Shown: positions 43,026 to 58,316, counted from the first letter of the stretch. The stretch: DNA of 64,000 nucleotides from Eledone cirrhosa (GCA_964016885.1 OZ024742.1:86924001-86988000), one strand, 5' to 3'. The notes: generated by a model from the sequence alone, not told the origin. Numbers and translations are program-made.

Positions 43026-43394
43026 ATCTATATATGAGTATGTGTGTGATTCTACAGACCTTACCCTTTAACAGAGCATGTCCATACAGTCACTTAGTGA
43101 AGACCCTTCGCTTGCCTAGAATATATGAACCATGAATAATAAGAGTGCCTGCATTTGTATCATTCTGTATCACTATATATATTTCTCTAAATATAGTATT
43201 TTCAAAGAATGACCTTTATTTAAATTCATCAGCCATATATATAGAGAGACATTCACACATACACGCAGATAATTAGACGCACATACACACACATACACAC
43301 ATACATACACACACACACACACACACATACACACACACACAGACACACACACACACACACACGCATACACATATATATAATGTATGTGTGTATG

Positions 43395-43459
<65 letters not shown>

Positions 43460-43462
43460 TCT

Positions 43463-43600
43463 CAGCGTGTGGCTGAGTAGTTAGAGAATAGGATTCGCAA
43501 TCGCGAGGTTGTGAGTTCGGTTCTCAGACAGCTGGAATCGTTATGTCCTTGAGCAAAACACTTTATTACTCATTGCTCCTTCTACCTGAAGTTGCGACCA
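43463..43600 (+). mobile_element. Second tRNA-derived SINE family, decayed
   Basis: A box TGGCTGAGTAG, B-box-like GAGTTCGGTTC, then TGTCCTTGAGCAAAACACTT, a conserved SINE body box. Confidence 0.65.
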
Positions 43601-44059
43601 ATAGCTAGCAATTGGAAAGACCGGGCTACCAGCATTGTTGTTATACAGTAGCAGTGAAAATCCCTCTTCCTTACTTGACACCTTATAACTGTATTACTAC
43701 TACCACACCAAGCAACCATCCCTGTCCATTGTTCAACTGGTCAAATGTAAATTAAAATAGGCACTCTCAAAAATTCTTATTTAGATAAAATAAGCCATAT
43801 ACACATTGTATTCTCATTGAAAACCTTCTATACACTTGTTTACCAGCAAATTGAATTGCCATCTGTCATATACTATCCCTTCTCTTCTTCCTTTCTTACA
43901 ACTAATATAAATATTTTGATTTTTCTGATTTTTTCCAATTTATCCAATTTATCCGATACACAGGTATTCCGTCTGTTACAGAAACATATGTTAATACCTA
44001 ATACATTCCTTTATAAAAGCACTTTCATTTTATATTCATCTTCTCTCTCTCACTTTCTC

Positions 44060-44152
<93 letters not shown>

Positions 44153-44242
44153 TATACATATAGATAGGTAAATAGATAGATATGTAGATAGATAGATAGT
44201 GATAGAAGGATAGATGGATGGATAGATACATATATAGATACA

Positions 44243-47089
44243 TCTCTTTATTAGCCGCAAGGGAAACATTACGTATGGGGAGTTTACATACAGGTATATG
44301 AAAATAAAACTTAAATACAATAACAAATAACAATTGAAATCCCCAATAGGGGGGAGGTGTTACACAGGGGTTGTACACAGCTGACAAAATATACAACCCT
44401 CATCTCCAGGAGCACCAAGAGTGAGTACTCACTTCCATTCTTCCTCTTTTTCCTCAACCTATAGGCTTATATAGAGAGAAGGCCCAACCACTCGGATCAT
44501 CTTTGCGGTATTCACCCACATTTTATAACATTTGCTAGGGTATAGCACCTCTCTCTCCATCCTGATTCTTCTTCCAAAATGATATTGGATAAAACGACTC
44601 AGTTGCTCGCCGGAGAGAAAGGTGTCTGACCTCAGCCCTTTTAACCTCGTTCACACTATAACCTCTTTCACCATAGCCATAACACATAGGAAATCCGCCT
44701 CTCCCTCGTCTTTGAAGGAGGGTGGCAGTTTGATCATGACAATGGACTCGGTGGTCAACTGGATTTGTCCCACCCGCGACAATAGTCGTTCTACATAGCC
44801 CCACAGGTCGGTATCGCCCGGGCAGTGTACACATGCGTGTGCGACGGTTTCCTCGTCGAGCACGTATCTCGGACAGATCTTTTTCGAAGGGTCCATACCC
44901 TGGCGCCCGTGTCTGTAGAGCTTGTCTCGAACTGGTAGAGCTCCTCAGTAGCACTGCCAGGCCAGGGATTTGGGAAGTTGTCCATTGGTCCCGGGCGGAA
45001 GGTCCTACCGAACAGACTAACTAGTTTGTCCTCTTCTACGCCTAGAGTTTCTCCGAGCGTGTCGTCGCACTTGCTGCGGACCAACCCTCTATAGATTGTC
45101 AGAGAAGTGGAGTCTCCACTGACCGCCGGGTACGTTTGCCAGAGGACTGCTGTGAGCGCCTGAGCGCATTCGATGTGCCAGTCGCCCATTTTCATCGGTC
45201 TTTGATTGACACTGTACTGCAGCTCGGTCAGCGAGACGAGTCGTGGGAAGGCTCTGCTGACGACGGGACCCACACCGGTTGTCTGGTGAGGAATACGTGG
45301 AGGTGCCGCAGCCTGAGCACGTGTTTGCGCATCGTCAGCCACGGCATCACAATCCCTCCGTTTGAAAGGTGTTGACAGCAGATGGATCTTCTCACCAAAG
45401 GAGCCCGTTTCATCCAACGGAATTGGAAGACCGCGCGCTCCATTTTGGTGTCGTTTTGGCTGGACAAGGCACGACGGTCAAGTAGTAGTAGATGACGGAC
45501 GCTATAAAAGTGTTCGCATCCTCCGTTCGACCTTTCAAGGATAGTTTGTACTCGGGTGAGCGCAAACACATTGGCCGTCACCTCGTTCCAGTTCTTCTCC
45601 ACCTGGAGGTCTGGACCAAACCAGCAACTTTACCATTCCTTCCGTCCAGCATCGGACGACGTCATCGGAAGGCATCGGTTTGCCTCTCCACGTTTCGAGT
45701 TGCAATCCGACGGATTTGTCCCGGTTTAGCTTCGCTCCTGTGTACCTTTCGTATTCCTCCTGCAAGGTGCCGAAATCCCCGATTTGCGAGGTGCTCGACA
45801 CCAGTAATGTCACGCCGCTTTTCGCAGTCGCGGTTCCAAAGGGATGCTCTGCAATAGCTTCAACTTCCGCAGTAGTGGCTCGAGAGTCAGTACGTACAGA
45901 ACGGATGGATCGCGTGAGATGAAACGGCTCCGAGAAGTAGCCGTTCACCTTGACCCTTGAGCAGATGTTGCTGCTGTGCATTGCAGCAATCCAGCCCCTG
46001 AACACGGGTCCAAAGCCTACCGCCTCGAGCACCGCATCCAGGTAACGATGGTCAAACTTATCGAAAGCCCTAGACTGATCCAAGTTGATCAGGGCTCCAC
46101 CGAAGCCAGGTTTACACCCTACCCTCTTTGTGATGTATCGCATGAGGTGGAGGTTGTCGTGTATGGGCCTGGTCGGGTTTGTGAGAGGTCTCCGTTTATC
46201 CCACCAAGTTTTCGACGACAAGCGCCAGCCTCTTTACCAACACCTGGGCCAAAATCTGTAATTCTGTATTTAGCAGATTTATCGGCCGGAAGTTACCAAT
46301 GTCATCCCCCTTGTTCCCGTCCTTCCTGACTAACGTGATTTCGCCCTTGGTCACAGAACTGTGAATTCTCCCCTTCTGCTGCCAGTTGCAGTAGACCGTT
46401 TCCAGGAGACCAGAGAACAAGTCCGGCAATGCTACGTAAAATTCGTAGGTTAGACCGTCGAGACCTGGAGATTTGCGTTTGCCAATTTGGCACAGCGCGT
46501 CCCCTATCTCAGCGGCCGAAATCCGCCTTTCGCAGAACTTCGCCTCGCTATCCGAGAGTCGCGGTAGGCCGTTGAGGTATGAACCGAAATCCATAGCCCC
46601 TCCCAGTTGAGCAAAGTGCCGCGGAAAGGCGGCGCACATTTGCTTCGGAACACGTATCAGGCGTCCGTCTTGGTCCTTCAAAGACTGAATCGTAGACTTG
46701 TTGCCCATTTTCGCCTCCGTCACTCGGGCCCAGCTAACAGCTGTTGCGCCCTCGTTTCCCAGTGCACGTATTTTGCTTCTGACAACGCAGCCTTCATGCT
46801 TTGCGTCGAAGAACTGGTCCAAGGCCGTTCTCGTCACTAGCACGCTGGCTACGTTGCCACTCCTAAGTGCCTCTTCTCTCTTTATCTACCAGTTCCTTTT
46901 CGGTGTTATTTCTATCTAAGACTAATTCTTTACTAAAACCTATCGAGTCTAATCTAACTGCCCTCTTGAGAGAGTACCACCACCTGTTGTTGATTATGGC
47001 CCCCGTCAAGTGCTGCTAATCCGTCTACTTCAGGCTTTGAATGTCGGTAACGACAAGTTCAGCTTCCAGTAACCGGGTCTCTGTCTATG
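44243..47089 (-). mobile_element. L1/Tx1-type LINE copy B, 5'-truncated and decayed
   Basis: Fragments KSPGLDGLTYEFY, NFRPINLLNTE, LDQSRAFD; colinear with copy A; 3' GCGGCTAATAAAG; (ATCT)n on both sides. Confidence 0.92.
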
Positions 47090-47136
47090 GGGATAAATAG
47101 ATAGATAGATACATAGTTATATAGAAAGATAGATAT

Positions 47137-47219
<83 letters not shown>

Positions 47220-47299
47220 TATAGATAGATAGATAGACAGGTCACGAAATGGCAAGACAGACACAGAGAATCAAAACCAGAAAGGCTTATTATAATCAC

Positions 47300-48450
47300 G
47301 CTTAGGTTGAAGTAGGAGAGTGTTTGACATTTTGGATATCATTTACGTTTCAGGAAATGGATAGGTTATAGAGAGAGAAAGATTTAGATCATTGGTGTAT
47401 GAAAAAAATTATTTTTAAGAAGGCGGGTTAGTAACGGATTAGTTTGGCATTCGGGAATGAGAGCCGAGGTGGAGAGTCCGGGTGTGGCTTGGATATTTCT
47501 GTGTGAGTCTTTGATGTCATGGGTCTGCATCTTTGCTTCTATGTGTGGCTGTGGTTTGTCTATCATTGATTGAAATGCATGTGTGTATGTCTTAAATGTT
47601 CATGTTGATTGTTTATATGCAACTAAATGTATGTGTGTAAATACATGTGTGCCTGTGATTTTTGTCGTGCTGATTTCGTGTGCATGAGTGTGCACGTATG
47701 TCTGTGGGTTTGTATAAACGTGTGTGTCTTTGAATAATTTGTTTGTTTTGTGGAAGCATTTGTTTACGCGTATGCGTGTGACTGTGTATGTGTACGTGTG
47801 AGTATGTGTTTGTGTATATGGGCATATAGTTTTATGTGAAAGTACGCAACTTCGTTTAATCGTCTTCATAGTGTGAAATGTAATTAGCAACTGGTAATAA
47901 ATACTGAGTAGGAGTATCTAAAGAAATAATTGTCGCGTGTGATGGGTCATATTTACATTTATAAACATCAGATATTTGATATGCTATCATAAAGAAATTT
48001 ATCATAAGTCTTGACTAGAAATTAAATTACTGAGCCCCACGATTACTAGATTCTTGTATTGTGAAAATATTTCAGTTTTAAACGGTCAATTACTTAGACT
48101 TTATAAAAGAAAAATTACTCTATAACATTTTGTCATTATATGATTATGATTGCAAATATTTCTTTAAGGAATAATTAGAAAAGATAAAGAGATAAAATTT
48201 ACGTTTTCAGAATGTTTGATGTATGGTATAAAAATTAAAGAATTTCACTTAGAATGACGTATACGCACTAATGTGAATCCTATTACAATTGTAGCCAAAT
48301 AGCTATAATATCATATGGATATTTTCCGTTGCAATGAATATTATAGATTACAAAGTAACACACTATGGATCCACATCGGAGATATATTTTGATTCTAACT
48401 TGTATCCGGCTAATTCTAGGATAATAACTTCATGATCATCATTACATTCT
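47300..48450 (-). mobile_element. Possible very old PLE 3' end
   Basis: Only a weak FVIYNIHCNG motif (~LIYAITCGG) at ~48330 followed by a CA-rich UTR-like tract. Confidence 0.25.
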
Positions 48451-48931
48451 ACAGTACTGCGTTATCAAACTAGCAATAATACTGTCTATCTCTCAGTATC
48501 TCCCCCAACTTCTCCCACTTTTCTCCCACTATTTACTCGTTTAATCCTATGTCATATTTTCTTTAAATACAATTAGGAATATTGAATTATTCGGCTAGTT
48601 TTTAAAAATGTCATAATATGGAGATTATTGAAGAGAATATCCTAGTGTAAAAGGGTGTATGGTATACGAAAGATGCATGAAATTTTGCGGCTATAAGATA
48701 TCAGATTCATTAACAATGACAACACAACACTTACTGTTTCATTCTAATGATACACACTTTCAATATGTAAATAGAACAGACTCAAATTCTACGAACTTTC
48801 AGTTCATCCCATTTTGGGGACCAAAAATTGTTTGCATAATTTCTAATAAGTACTAAATTACACATACACAAACACCCACACATACATACGCCCACACACA
48901 CACACGCACACACACACATACATACACACAC

Positions 48932-48989
<58 letters not shown>

Positions 48990-49042
48990 GTACATAAATA
49001 TATATATAGATAAATTGGTAAATAATCAGACAAATAGATGGA

Positions 49043-52000
49043 TATCTTTCTTTATTTGCCACAGGGGCGTACAAAAATGGGACATTACAAGACGTGAAGG
49101 CGGGGGTTTTACATAAAATCTTTAACAATGATAAATAACAATAAACTATATAAAAATAAAACAAATGAAAGCCCCATTGGAAAGAACGCCCTCAACGCCA
49201 GGAACACGTTTTATATGTGTTCCCGTCTTCCCTCTGTGTATATTCCTCAACCTACAGGTTTATATACAGAGAAGCTCCATTCACTCGGGCCATTTTCGCC
49301 ACATTTACCCACCTTTCTGCAAATTTACTTGGATGTAGCACCTCTCTCTCCACTCTCACTAAACAGAGGAAAACTGCCTCTCCTTCATTCTCAAATGAAG
49401 GTGATGGAGTGATCCTCACGATGGACTCGGCTGACAACGTGATGCGTCCCACACGTGACAGTAGCTGTTCGACATAATTCAACAGATCGGTCACCCCTGG
49501 GCAATGAGCAATTGCGTGCAGAACGTGTTCGATGTCACGCTCGCACCTTGGACAGGTTCTTTTGACAGGTTCTCTGCCAGGGTGTCCGTGCCTGTAGATT
49601 TTGTCTCGAACTGGTAGAGCTCCTCGGTAGCACTGCCAGGCCCGAGCATACTGGAAGTTATCCATAGGCCCTGGACGGAAAGTCCTCCCGAACAGACTCG
49701 TCAGTTCATCCTCCTCGACGCCTAGACTTTCCCCGAGACGTCATCGCTATTATCCTCCACTAGTCACCTATAGAATATCGAAGTGGAGTCTTCGCTGATT
49801 GCCGTTTCCGCTTGGCAGTGGGCCGTGAGTGCCTGAAGGCACTCCATGTGCCAGGCTCCCATTTTCGGTCTTCGCTTGACCCAGGACTGCAGCTCTGTTA
49901 GTGAGATGAATTGTGGAAGAGTTCGTCGCACAAACGACAGCCACACCGGTTCACCCGTCAGGAATATCTGGAGATGGCGTAGCAACAGCGCGCGTTTGCG
50001 CATCATCATCCACGGCATGCCAAACCCTCCGTTAGATGGGTGTTGACAGCAGATGGATCTTCTCATCAATAGGGCTGTTTCTTCCAGGACTTGAAGTGTA
50101 GGCGTTCCATTTTGGTGAGGTATTCGCGGTGACAAGGCATGACTGTCAAGCGGTAGTAGATGACGGACGCTATGTAATTGTTCGCCACCTCCGCTTCAAC
50201 TTTCAAGGAGAGTTTGCATTCAGCCGACTTCTGACTGAATGCAAACACCTTCGCCGTGACTATCGTTCCAATTTGTGCCCACCTGGCGGTCTGGACCAAA
50301 CAAGACCCCGAACAATTTCACCGTTACTTCCGTCCAGCGTCCAACAACACTGTCGGAAGGCATGGGTTTGCCTCTCCATGTGCCGAGCTGCAAACCGACA
50401 GACTTGTTTGGGTTTAGTCTCGCTCCTGTCAACGTTTCCTATTCCTGTAATAGATTGCCGATTACCAGGATTTCCGAGGTTTTCGACACCATTACGGTTA
50501 TGTCGTCGCCATATGCCGACGCTGCTTTCCGCAGTTCTGGTTCGATGGGGATGCCCTGCAACAGCTGCAACTTCCGCAGCAATGGTTCGAGAGTCAGTAC
50601 ATACAGAATGGAGGAGAGAGGGCATCCCTGACGGATGGAACGCATGATTTGGAATGGCTCCGACAGGTAGCCATTCACCTTGACTGACGAGCGGATGCTG
50701 ATGTGCATGGCAGCGATCCAGCCTCTGAAGACGAGACCGAAGCCAGCCGCCTTAAGAATGGCTTCCAAGTATTGATGGTCGACCCTATCAAATGCCTTAG
50801 ACTGATCTAAATTGATCAGAGCCCCACCGAAGCCAGGTTTACACCCTACCCTCTATATGATGTATCGCATGAGGTGGAGGTTGTCGTGTATTGACCTGGT
50901 CATGATTGCACACGTTTGCACTTCCCCTACCAGCTGCTCGACGACAAGCGCCAGCCTTATTGCTAACACCTTGGACAACATTTTTAACTCTGTATTGAGC
51001 AGTTATGGGCCAAAAATTGCTTATATCATCCCCCTTGTTCTCATATTTCCTGATCAGTGTTACTACGCATCTACCTACAGAACTGGGAATCCTCCTGTTC
51101 TGTTGCCAGTTGCAGTAGACCGCTGCGATGACGCCAGAGGACAAGTCTGGCATGCCTATCTAAAGCTCATAGGGTATACTATCTGAACTGGGTGATTTGC
51201 GTTCCCTACAGCGGCATAGGGCATCTTCTATTTCGCCCGCTGTGAATGGCCTTTCGCAGCTCTCTGCATCCGTGCTCGAGAGTCGTGGTACGCCGTCGAG
51301 GTAGAGCCTCAAGTCCATCACGTCGCTCGGCGTACAACTTTGCCCGAACAGTTATGCAAAATGCTATTGGAAAGCAGTCCTCATCATTTGGATTCAAGTA
51401 GAGTGCGTCCATCATTGTCTTGCAAAGACCGAATTGTGGATATGTTGCCACTTTTCGGCTCTGCTACTCGGGTCCAGCTAACAGCTTTGGCTACCTTGCT
51501 TCTTAGAGCATGTGTTCTACTTCTAACAATACAACCTTCGTGTTGATGAACTGGTCTAGTGCCGTTCACGCGGCTAGCACTTCACATGAACTGCCATTCC
51601 TAAGTGTCTCTCCTACTTTCAGTTATGTGTTTTTCTACAGCTACTTTCTTGCTAAATGCCTTCGACTCTATTCTAATAGCTCCCTTGAGAGAGCTCCACC
51701 ATCTGTCGTTGACAATGGCCCCCGTTAAATGGCTCTTAACTAAGGTGCTAATCCGTTTACTCTAGGCCGTACCCGCCGGGAGCGACATATTTAGCTTCCA
51801 GTATCCGGGTCCCTGTCTATGTGTTCTATTATGTTTGACTATGCAGATGACTAATTTGTGGTCTGAATAGGCAACCATGTGCATTTGTGGATAGCTTAAT
51901 GTTTTCTTATCATTCTGTCTAATTAGAAATCTATCGAAATACGATCTAGAAAACGCATTGCGGTTCCTCCACGCCCACAGTGGTGCACTTTGGAATTGGC

Positions 52001-53840
52001 CGATGAGATTGTTTAGGCTGTTACACTCCCCTCTATTAGCACAAGTTCCTACGTAGTCCCAACGTGCGTCTAAGATGACATTCCAGTCCCCTACTAACAC
52101 TATGGAACGAGACGTTCACAGGAATGGCTACAAGCGCTAGAATAATTCTGGTGGCGATATCCCAATCGGGGTATATACGGCCACCAGTCTGAAAGCTCCA
52201 CATTCACTACCATTTACGTCCAGTCTGCCCGGGTCCAAGTGAATCGTCTGTACTTTGAGATCCATGATTTTTCGAAACAGAACATAAACTCCCCCTCCAA
52301 CTCCTGGCTGACAGAGAGTTGCGTAAATCTCAAAATCATCGAACATGGGGTTAGCTGGTGCTTGTCAAGAATCCTGGACTCGGTGATGGCTATCACATCT
52401 ATACAATGTTAACTGAGGTCATTTAAAAACTGGCCCTGTTTCCAAGGCATGCCCAGGCCACGTACATTCAAACATCCAAGTTGTATCGTCACCATGGTGA
52501 AGAAGAGTTAGGCAGAGACAAGGCAGGAACACTTACCTTTTAGTTTCCTAGAGATCGGGTTGTTCGATCTCCATGTCGAGATTGCGTGTGTTTGGGGAGT
52601 GAGGGAATCCTTTTATCAGGACACGGTTAAGGGCGTTTTGGCAAGGGGCACACATCATGTGGGAAGTACCCTTTTAATATTTCATTTTGTAGGGTTGTTA
52701 CCCTGATCTGTTTAAGGTTTGTGGGTGTGTCGTTGGTGGGGAACGAATTCCCTTCTGTTTGGATAGTAGGGTCCTTTTGGACCGTTTCTACCAGTTCTTT
52801 CTTTGTTGTTTTATGTATGTGAAATGTGATTTTTTTGTGTGTACTGTTTCTGTTTGCAGAATTTTTTTGTGGTTGGGGTTTGTGATTGTGGTGTTGTGGG
52901 TGTTTGTTTTGTTGGTGAAGTGTTTGTTTGTGTTGGTGGTGATTGTGTTGTTGGTGTGTTTGTCATTTGTGGTGGTGTGTTTATGGTGGGGTTGGGTGTG
53001 CGCGTGTTTTCGGTAAATGTTTTTGAGCCAGAGTTTCGCTCTTAAAGAGCACTGCCACTTCCATACTGCTCTTTGGAGGTATGCTACGTCTGGCATGATG
53101 TCATTTAATATAGCTTCAATAGTGCTTGTTGGAAGCATTACGGTTTTTTTTTGTAATAATTGTTTCTACTTTTGGCACAAGGCCAGCAATTAACCAGTGC
53201 ATTACTGGTACTTTATTTTTTTGGTAATAATATCAACTGTTCTGTAGATAGGATTCTTTTTATAAGTCATCTCTCTTATTTGTGGGGATATGTGTATGTG
53301 TGGGGTGTCTCCCTCAAAAGTTATATAGTTGGAAGCTGCTTCCAAATATTGGTACTTTTGTGAAATATCCATGGGGTAATATTTAAAATCCTGTTGCTGC
53401 AAATGACATTGTTTTATTGTTGTTGGTGTTGGTGGTGATGTTGGTCTCATTCGTTGTGTTGTCGCTGATTCCTTTTGTTGTATTGTTGTTGTTCTCGTTT
53501 TTTGTGTTGTTGTTGTTGTTGTTGTTCTCGTTTATTGTGTTGTTGGTGTTGTTTGTGATGGCGTTACTCATTGCTACACATTCTTCCTCTGGTGCGTGGA
53601 TACATGTGACGTTTGTGTCGATAATGTAGGCGATAATGTAGTCGATAGTATTGAGGCGATAATGTAGGCATTCCCTTGTTCTTTACTGCTACTATCTGCT
53701 ACTATCTGCTACTATCAAAATTTGACCTGTCAGTCCCTCTACAAATTGGTATAAAAATAAACATTCACAATGACGAATTTCTAACGAAATTTAAACAAAA
53801 CTTACCGAGCAAGTAAAACCCATGTGGCCATCCCAGAGTA
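49043..53840 (-). mobile_element. L1/Tx1-type LINE copy C, near full length (ORF1 remnant 52550-53650; ORF2 from ATG at 52495), decayed, with a SINE fragment at 53157-53220
   Basis: MVTIQLGCLNVRGLG APE start, IAITES, GDWN, AYSDH, RQGCPLS, AYGDD, CPRC...HAIAHC; 3' GTGGCAAATAAAG; 5' flank (ATCT)n at 53845-53910. Confidence 0.92.
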
Positions 53841-53844
53841 GATT

Positions 53845-53910
<66 letters not shown>

Positions 53911-54917
53911 GAGTTAGTTATATATAGAGATAGATAGAGAAATAGATATATTGCTTGAATGTTGTTTATCCGTAAGAGTTGTTTAATGATTTTTGTTGAT
54001 AAATGTGTTACATATCAATGATATTTTAAAAATATATTCATCCATGATTTAACATCCACTCATCTTTTTCACATTATCTACACTTTCTCGCGTTCAAATA
54101 TCAACATTACAATCGCCGAAGCACACTAAATCTTGTTGAATTGATCTTTCCTTCCTTGCTTGCATTTACATTGATGTTATACAAAGTTATTTAAATTTCG
54201 CTGGAGCTACAACTAGGTTGTTAGCCATATCCCTGTCTTTCGCACATCCTGACGGATGTCTATTTTAAGAAAATTAACGTGTATTTATCATTCCGATACT
54301 TAGGTATTCTGTCTGATTATTTGCACTCTCATTCATATATCATGAATTTGTCTATGTTCTCACGCATATTTACAAATGTAAATTTGTATTATGTGTATGG
54401 ATATTTAGGATAGGCTCATATTTGTTCAAAATCATACACTCACACCATCAACATATATTTAGGCAAAATTAAAAATTAATCTGGACAGCTGTGATTACTC
54501 CATGTAGAAAATAAATTGATATATGTTGAAGGAAGGCATGTAACATGTACTGCTATCGACAATCGATTACCACAACTGTTATCAAAAACATTAAAACATT
54601 GATTTCGAATCGTAGTAGGATTGAGTTTACACTTAACTAATCTTCAATATAATTAATATATTTTATTTAAATATCTCATATATTCATATATATATATACA
54701 TGCATTACTATTTTGTTTTTTTACTGTCCCTCTTTCTCCACCCAATTCGCTCTGTCCCAATAACTTATTTTAATTATTGCTCGCAATGATTTTGAGGTAT
54801 CTGGTCTTTAATGCGAAGAAATACCGAGGATAGTCAGAAGATCACTGATGATGGACAGTCCCGTTTCTCGCTCTATATTTCATTCATATGTATCACACTC
54901 GCAACAACGCAGCACGC

Positions 54918-54973
<56 letters not shown>

Positions 54974-55155
54974 CGAAGGCAGGAGGCATTATGGTAAGGA
55001 ACCCGGTGCACAAAAACGAACCAGAGTACTCAATACTGTGGGTAGTAGAGTGGATAATAGGAAAAGAGGCTCAGCCGTTTCCACAGCTATTTCTAAACGG
55101 CCGGGGCTCAGCTGTCGGGTTCCTGGCTCTTTTCATAGTATCCTCTCTATTACCC

Positions 55156-55195
<40 letters not shown>

Positions 55196-56793
55196 CAGAA
55201 AATCCTGTTGTATGCAGTTAAGTATCATATCAATACATCAAACTTCTACGGATGCAATTATATCTACTGCGAAATGTCCGCTATGTTATACCGTTGTATA
55301 ACTTAGAATATATTCATTAGGTGAATAGAATTTTGTTTCATTTGTAGATGTGGCATACACTATTGTTGGTGTTGTACCTGTGTTTTAGTCAATATTTCAA
55401 TAAATGATGTATTATGGAATACGGTTATTGATCACAATGAACTAATCATTTTCAATATTATTTTAGTTTCAGTGGAGGCAATTACATTATATATAACTTG
55501 TCAGATTCAAACATAATGGTTTTAAGCTGCTCAACACTCACACACGCTCATATTGAAACACATACTCTCACCCACACATAAAACACATACGCCGACCTGA
55601 AGAAACAATGTATTTGAAGAGGTTATGATTTTTGCAAATCCAATTCCACTAAACGCATGTAAACTCTTAATTTTCTTCAACCACACAAAAACAGACATGT
55701 TTTAGAAAAAATGACACTTTCATTTATCGTTGTAGAAGTAGCGGCAGAAAAAAATAATTGATATTAGTTTTACTATAGATACAGCGCAGAATAAATATTT
55801 GAGTGTTGCTCTTCCACTATTATTACAACCCTTACGTATTCATAAGTCATATGTTTCGTATGGAATGAGCTTAGATTAACTCTAGATGACCTATCACAAA
55901 GCCTGGCTCACTGAAGACAGCACAGACCTTGGACCTCTTTACTTAATAGGAAATACCAATTTACATTTATGGGATATGAATGTAAACTAGCATTATTAGG
56001 AACGAAGCTTGGGATGTCATTAGATACTCTGTTGTTAGATTGGAAAATTTCACTTCCTGCTTTTATACAAGCATGTAATAACTATGTCAGCTCTCTAGGC
56101 AAAGTTATTTAATACATATATTTATGTCTATAACAGTTAACTTGAAAGGAATGTATGAAACCTATGTACTAGATTTAAATATATATTATAACGTAAATGA
56201 ATCATTATACATCTTGTCATAATGGGTAAATCATAAAATATATGTTGATATGTTTTTTACGTAATTACATATACATACACATTTTACATACATACATACG
56301 AATGGAACATCTTAGCTCATAAATCTGACGCTAATGTGAATATTAAAGTAAATCACAAGTTTATTGGTTTATTGATATCGTGGCTAAAAATAGGTTTTTC
56401 ATCAATAATATTTAGTTGTTTACTCACTGACGAATAACTCCATTGAAAGAGTTGTGAATGATAGTTATATATCATTGTTGGTTCGCAGTCGGAGGAAACA
56501 ATCTTTAGAGAATATAGTATATTTAAGAAATACTCTTTTGTTCAGTAGCATTGACTTTGGTGCTGAGCATTATTTATATTATATTCATCGTGTTAATTGG
56601 TGAGATGTATGTTTGTTTTACTTAACCTATGTCCCGATGGGCATGAACATATATGATGTAAAATTCATTTTTCCTAGCTCTTTCAAAATTGTGGGTGAAT
56701 CACGCTATACTATAATAATATCAACATTGTACACTGAAAGTTCTTAAAGTATAGATTTGAATACGTCTAGCTAGTTATAATTGGATGGTACCG

Positions 56794-56847
<54 letters not shown>

Positions 56848-56874
56848 TAGATAGATATATAGATAGATAGATAG

Positions 56875-56922
<48 letters not shown>

Positions 56923-57054
56923 TTATTTATATATCAGGCCGATCAGTGGCTGTCTTTACAGAAAAAATATATTTTCATGAGATGTGACAGTTGGCAGGTA
57001 AGCAATAAACTACACTGATGACATGTAATGACCCATACAGATTATTGCCTGCAG

Positions 57055-57365
57055 TTCTATCGACCCGTAAGGATGAAAGTTAAAGTTAACGTCGGCGGGA
57101 TTTGAGCTCATACCATAAAGGGTCGTAACTATGCTCGAAGCATGACGTCCAACCCTCTACCGATACTGCCAATCCACCATATATAAATAATTGTTTCTAC
57201 TTTTGGCACAAGGCCAGCAATTACCCAGAACATTACTTGTTCTTTATTTCATCGATCCCGTAAGGATAAAAGGCAAAGTTAACCTCGGCGGGATTTGAAC
57301 TCAGAATGAAAGGGCCGTAACTCTTTGCTGCAAAGCATGGCGTCAGACCCTCTACCGATCCTGCC
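57055..57365 (-). mobile_element. Two tandem tRNA-derived SINE copies
   Basis: Reverse complement of the 3676 family (GGCGGGATTTGA.CTCA, CCCTCTACCGAT.CTGCC). Confidence 0.85.
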
Positions 57366-57400
57366 GAAAAGATACAAGCATATTATTATTTATACATACA

Positions 57401-57590
57401 GGGCGGTGGATTGTCAGTATCGGTAGAGGGTCGGACGTCATGCTTTAACGCATATAATTACGGCCCTTTCCATTCTGAGTTCAAATCCCACCGAGGTCAT
57501 CTTTGCCTTTCATCCTTACGGGGTCGATAAAATAAAGTACCAGTAATGCACTGGTGAATTGCTGGCCGTGTGCCAAAAGTAAAAACAATT
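57401..57590 (+). mobile_element. Full-length tRNA-derived SINE with a 16-bp target-site duplication
   Basis: ATTATTATTTATACAT at 57382-57397 and 57588-57603. Confidence 0.88.
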
Positions 57591-58316
57591 ATTATTTATA
57601 CATGTTTACACATATTTCAGTATTCAGTTATGATTTTGACGGCCGAGCTGTTAGGAGATATAGAGATTTGTGATCATTCATGTATTCCTTTAGGCATTTT
57701 AAGTCAACAATTCTTAGTTATTTTGATAATGAAGTGAATAATGAGTGAGGGCTCTTATGGTGAGTATTGTGTTACCACTGATCTCTGGTTGTAATTAAAC
57801 TGTACTTGCCATTGTTTGAGAAATATTTCGCTGTAGCCTAAAGGGGATAATGTAAGTTATTGGAAGTTTTACGAGAAATCAATAGGTAATACATTTACTT
57901 TTTGTTACAATAGGTAAACGGGTGGCAATTGTAGGAGAATGTACAGGCAATAAATTCCGTTAGAAGTTTGACAGTTGTAGATAATTGTGTAGTTAACACG
58001 AAATATTTGACGCCACCATTCTATGTAATTAAATTGACTATTCCCTTTAAACGAAATTGATAAAGTTTGGGATGAGTGTAGTTTTATAATATCTAATCCT
58101 GTGTAGTTATAATAAAAAAATATATAACTGATATACAGCACTCAACAAGTATTTGGAGTAAACATACGATATTAACAAATGGAAACTATATTTATAAAAC
58201 CATATTTATTATGGTGTGCTTTCATCAGACAAAATAGTATTCGGGAGCTTCCAACAGTAATGGTTGCATTTTTTAAGGGTATGTCAATACTTATTTATAA
58301 AACTGATCTATATTAT

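Noticed and set aside
54844-54870. CTGATGATGGACAGTCCCG, and similar lone CTGANGA words at 4030, 24373, 55911 and 57015
   Set aside because: No correctly placed GAAA box or stem III
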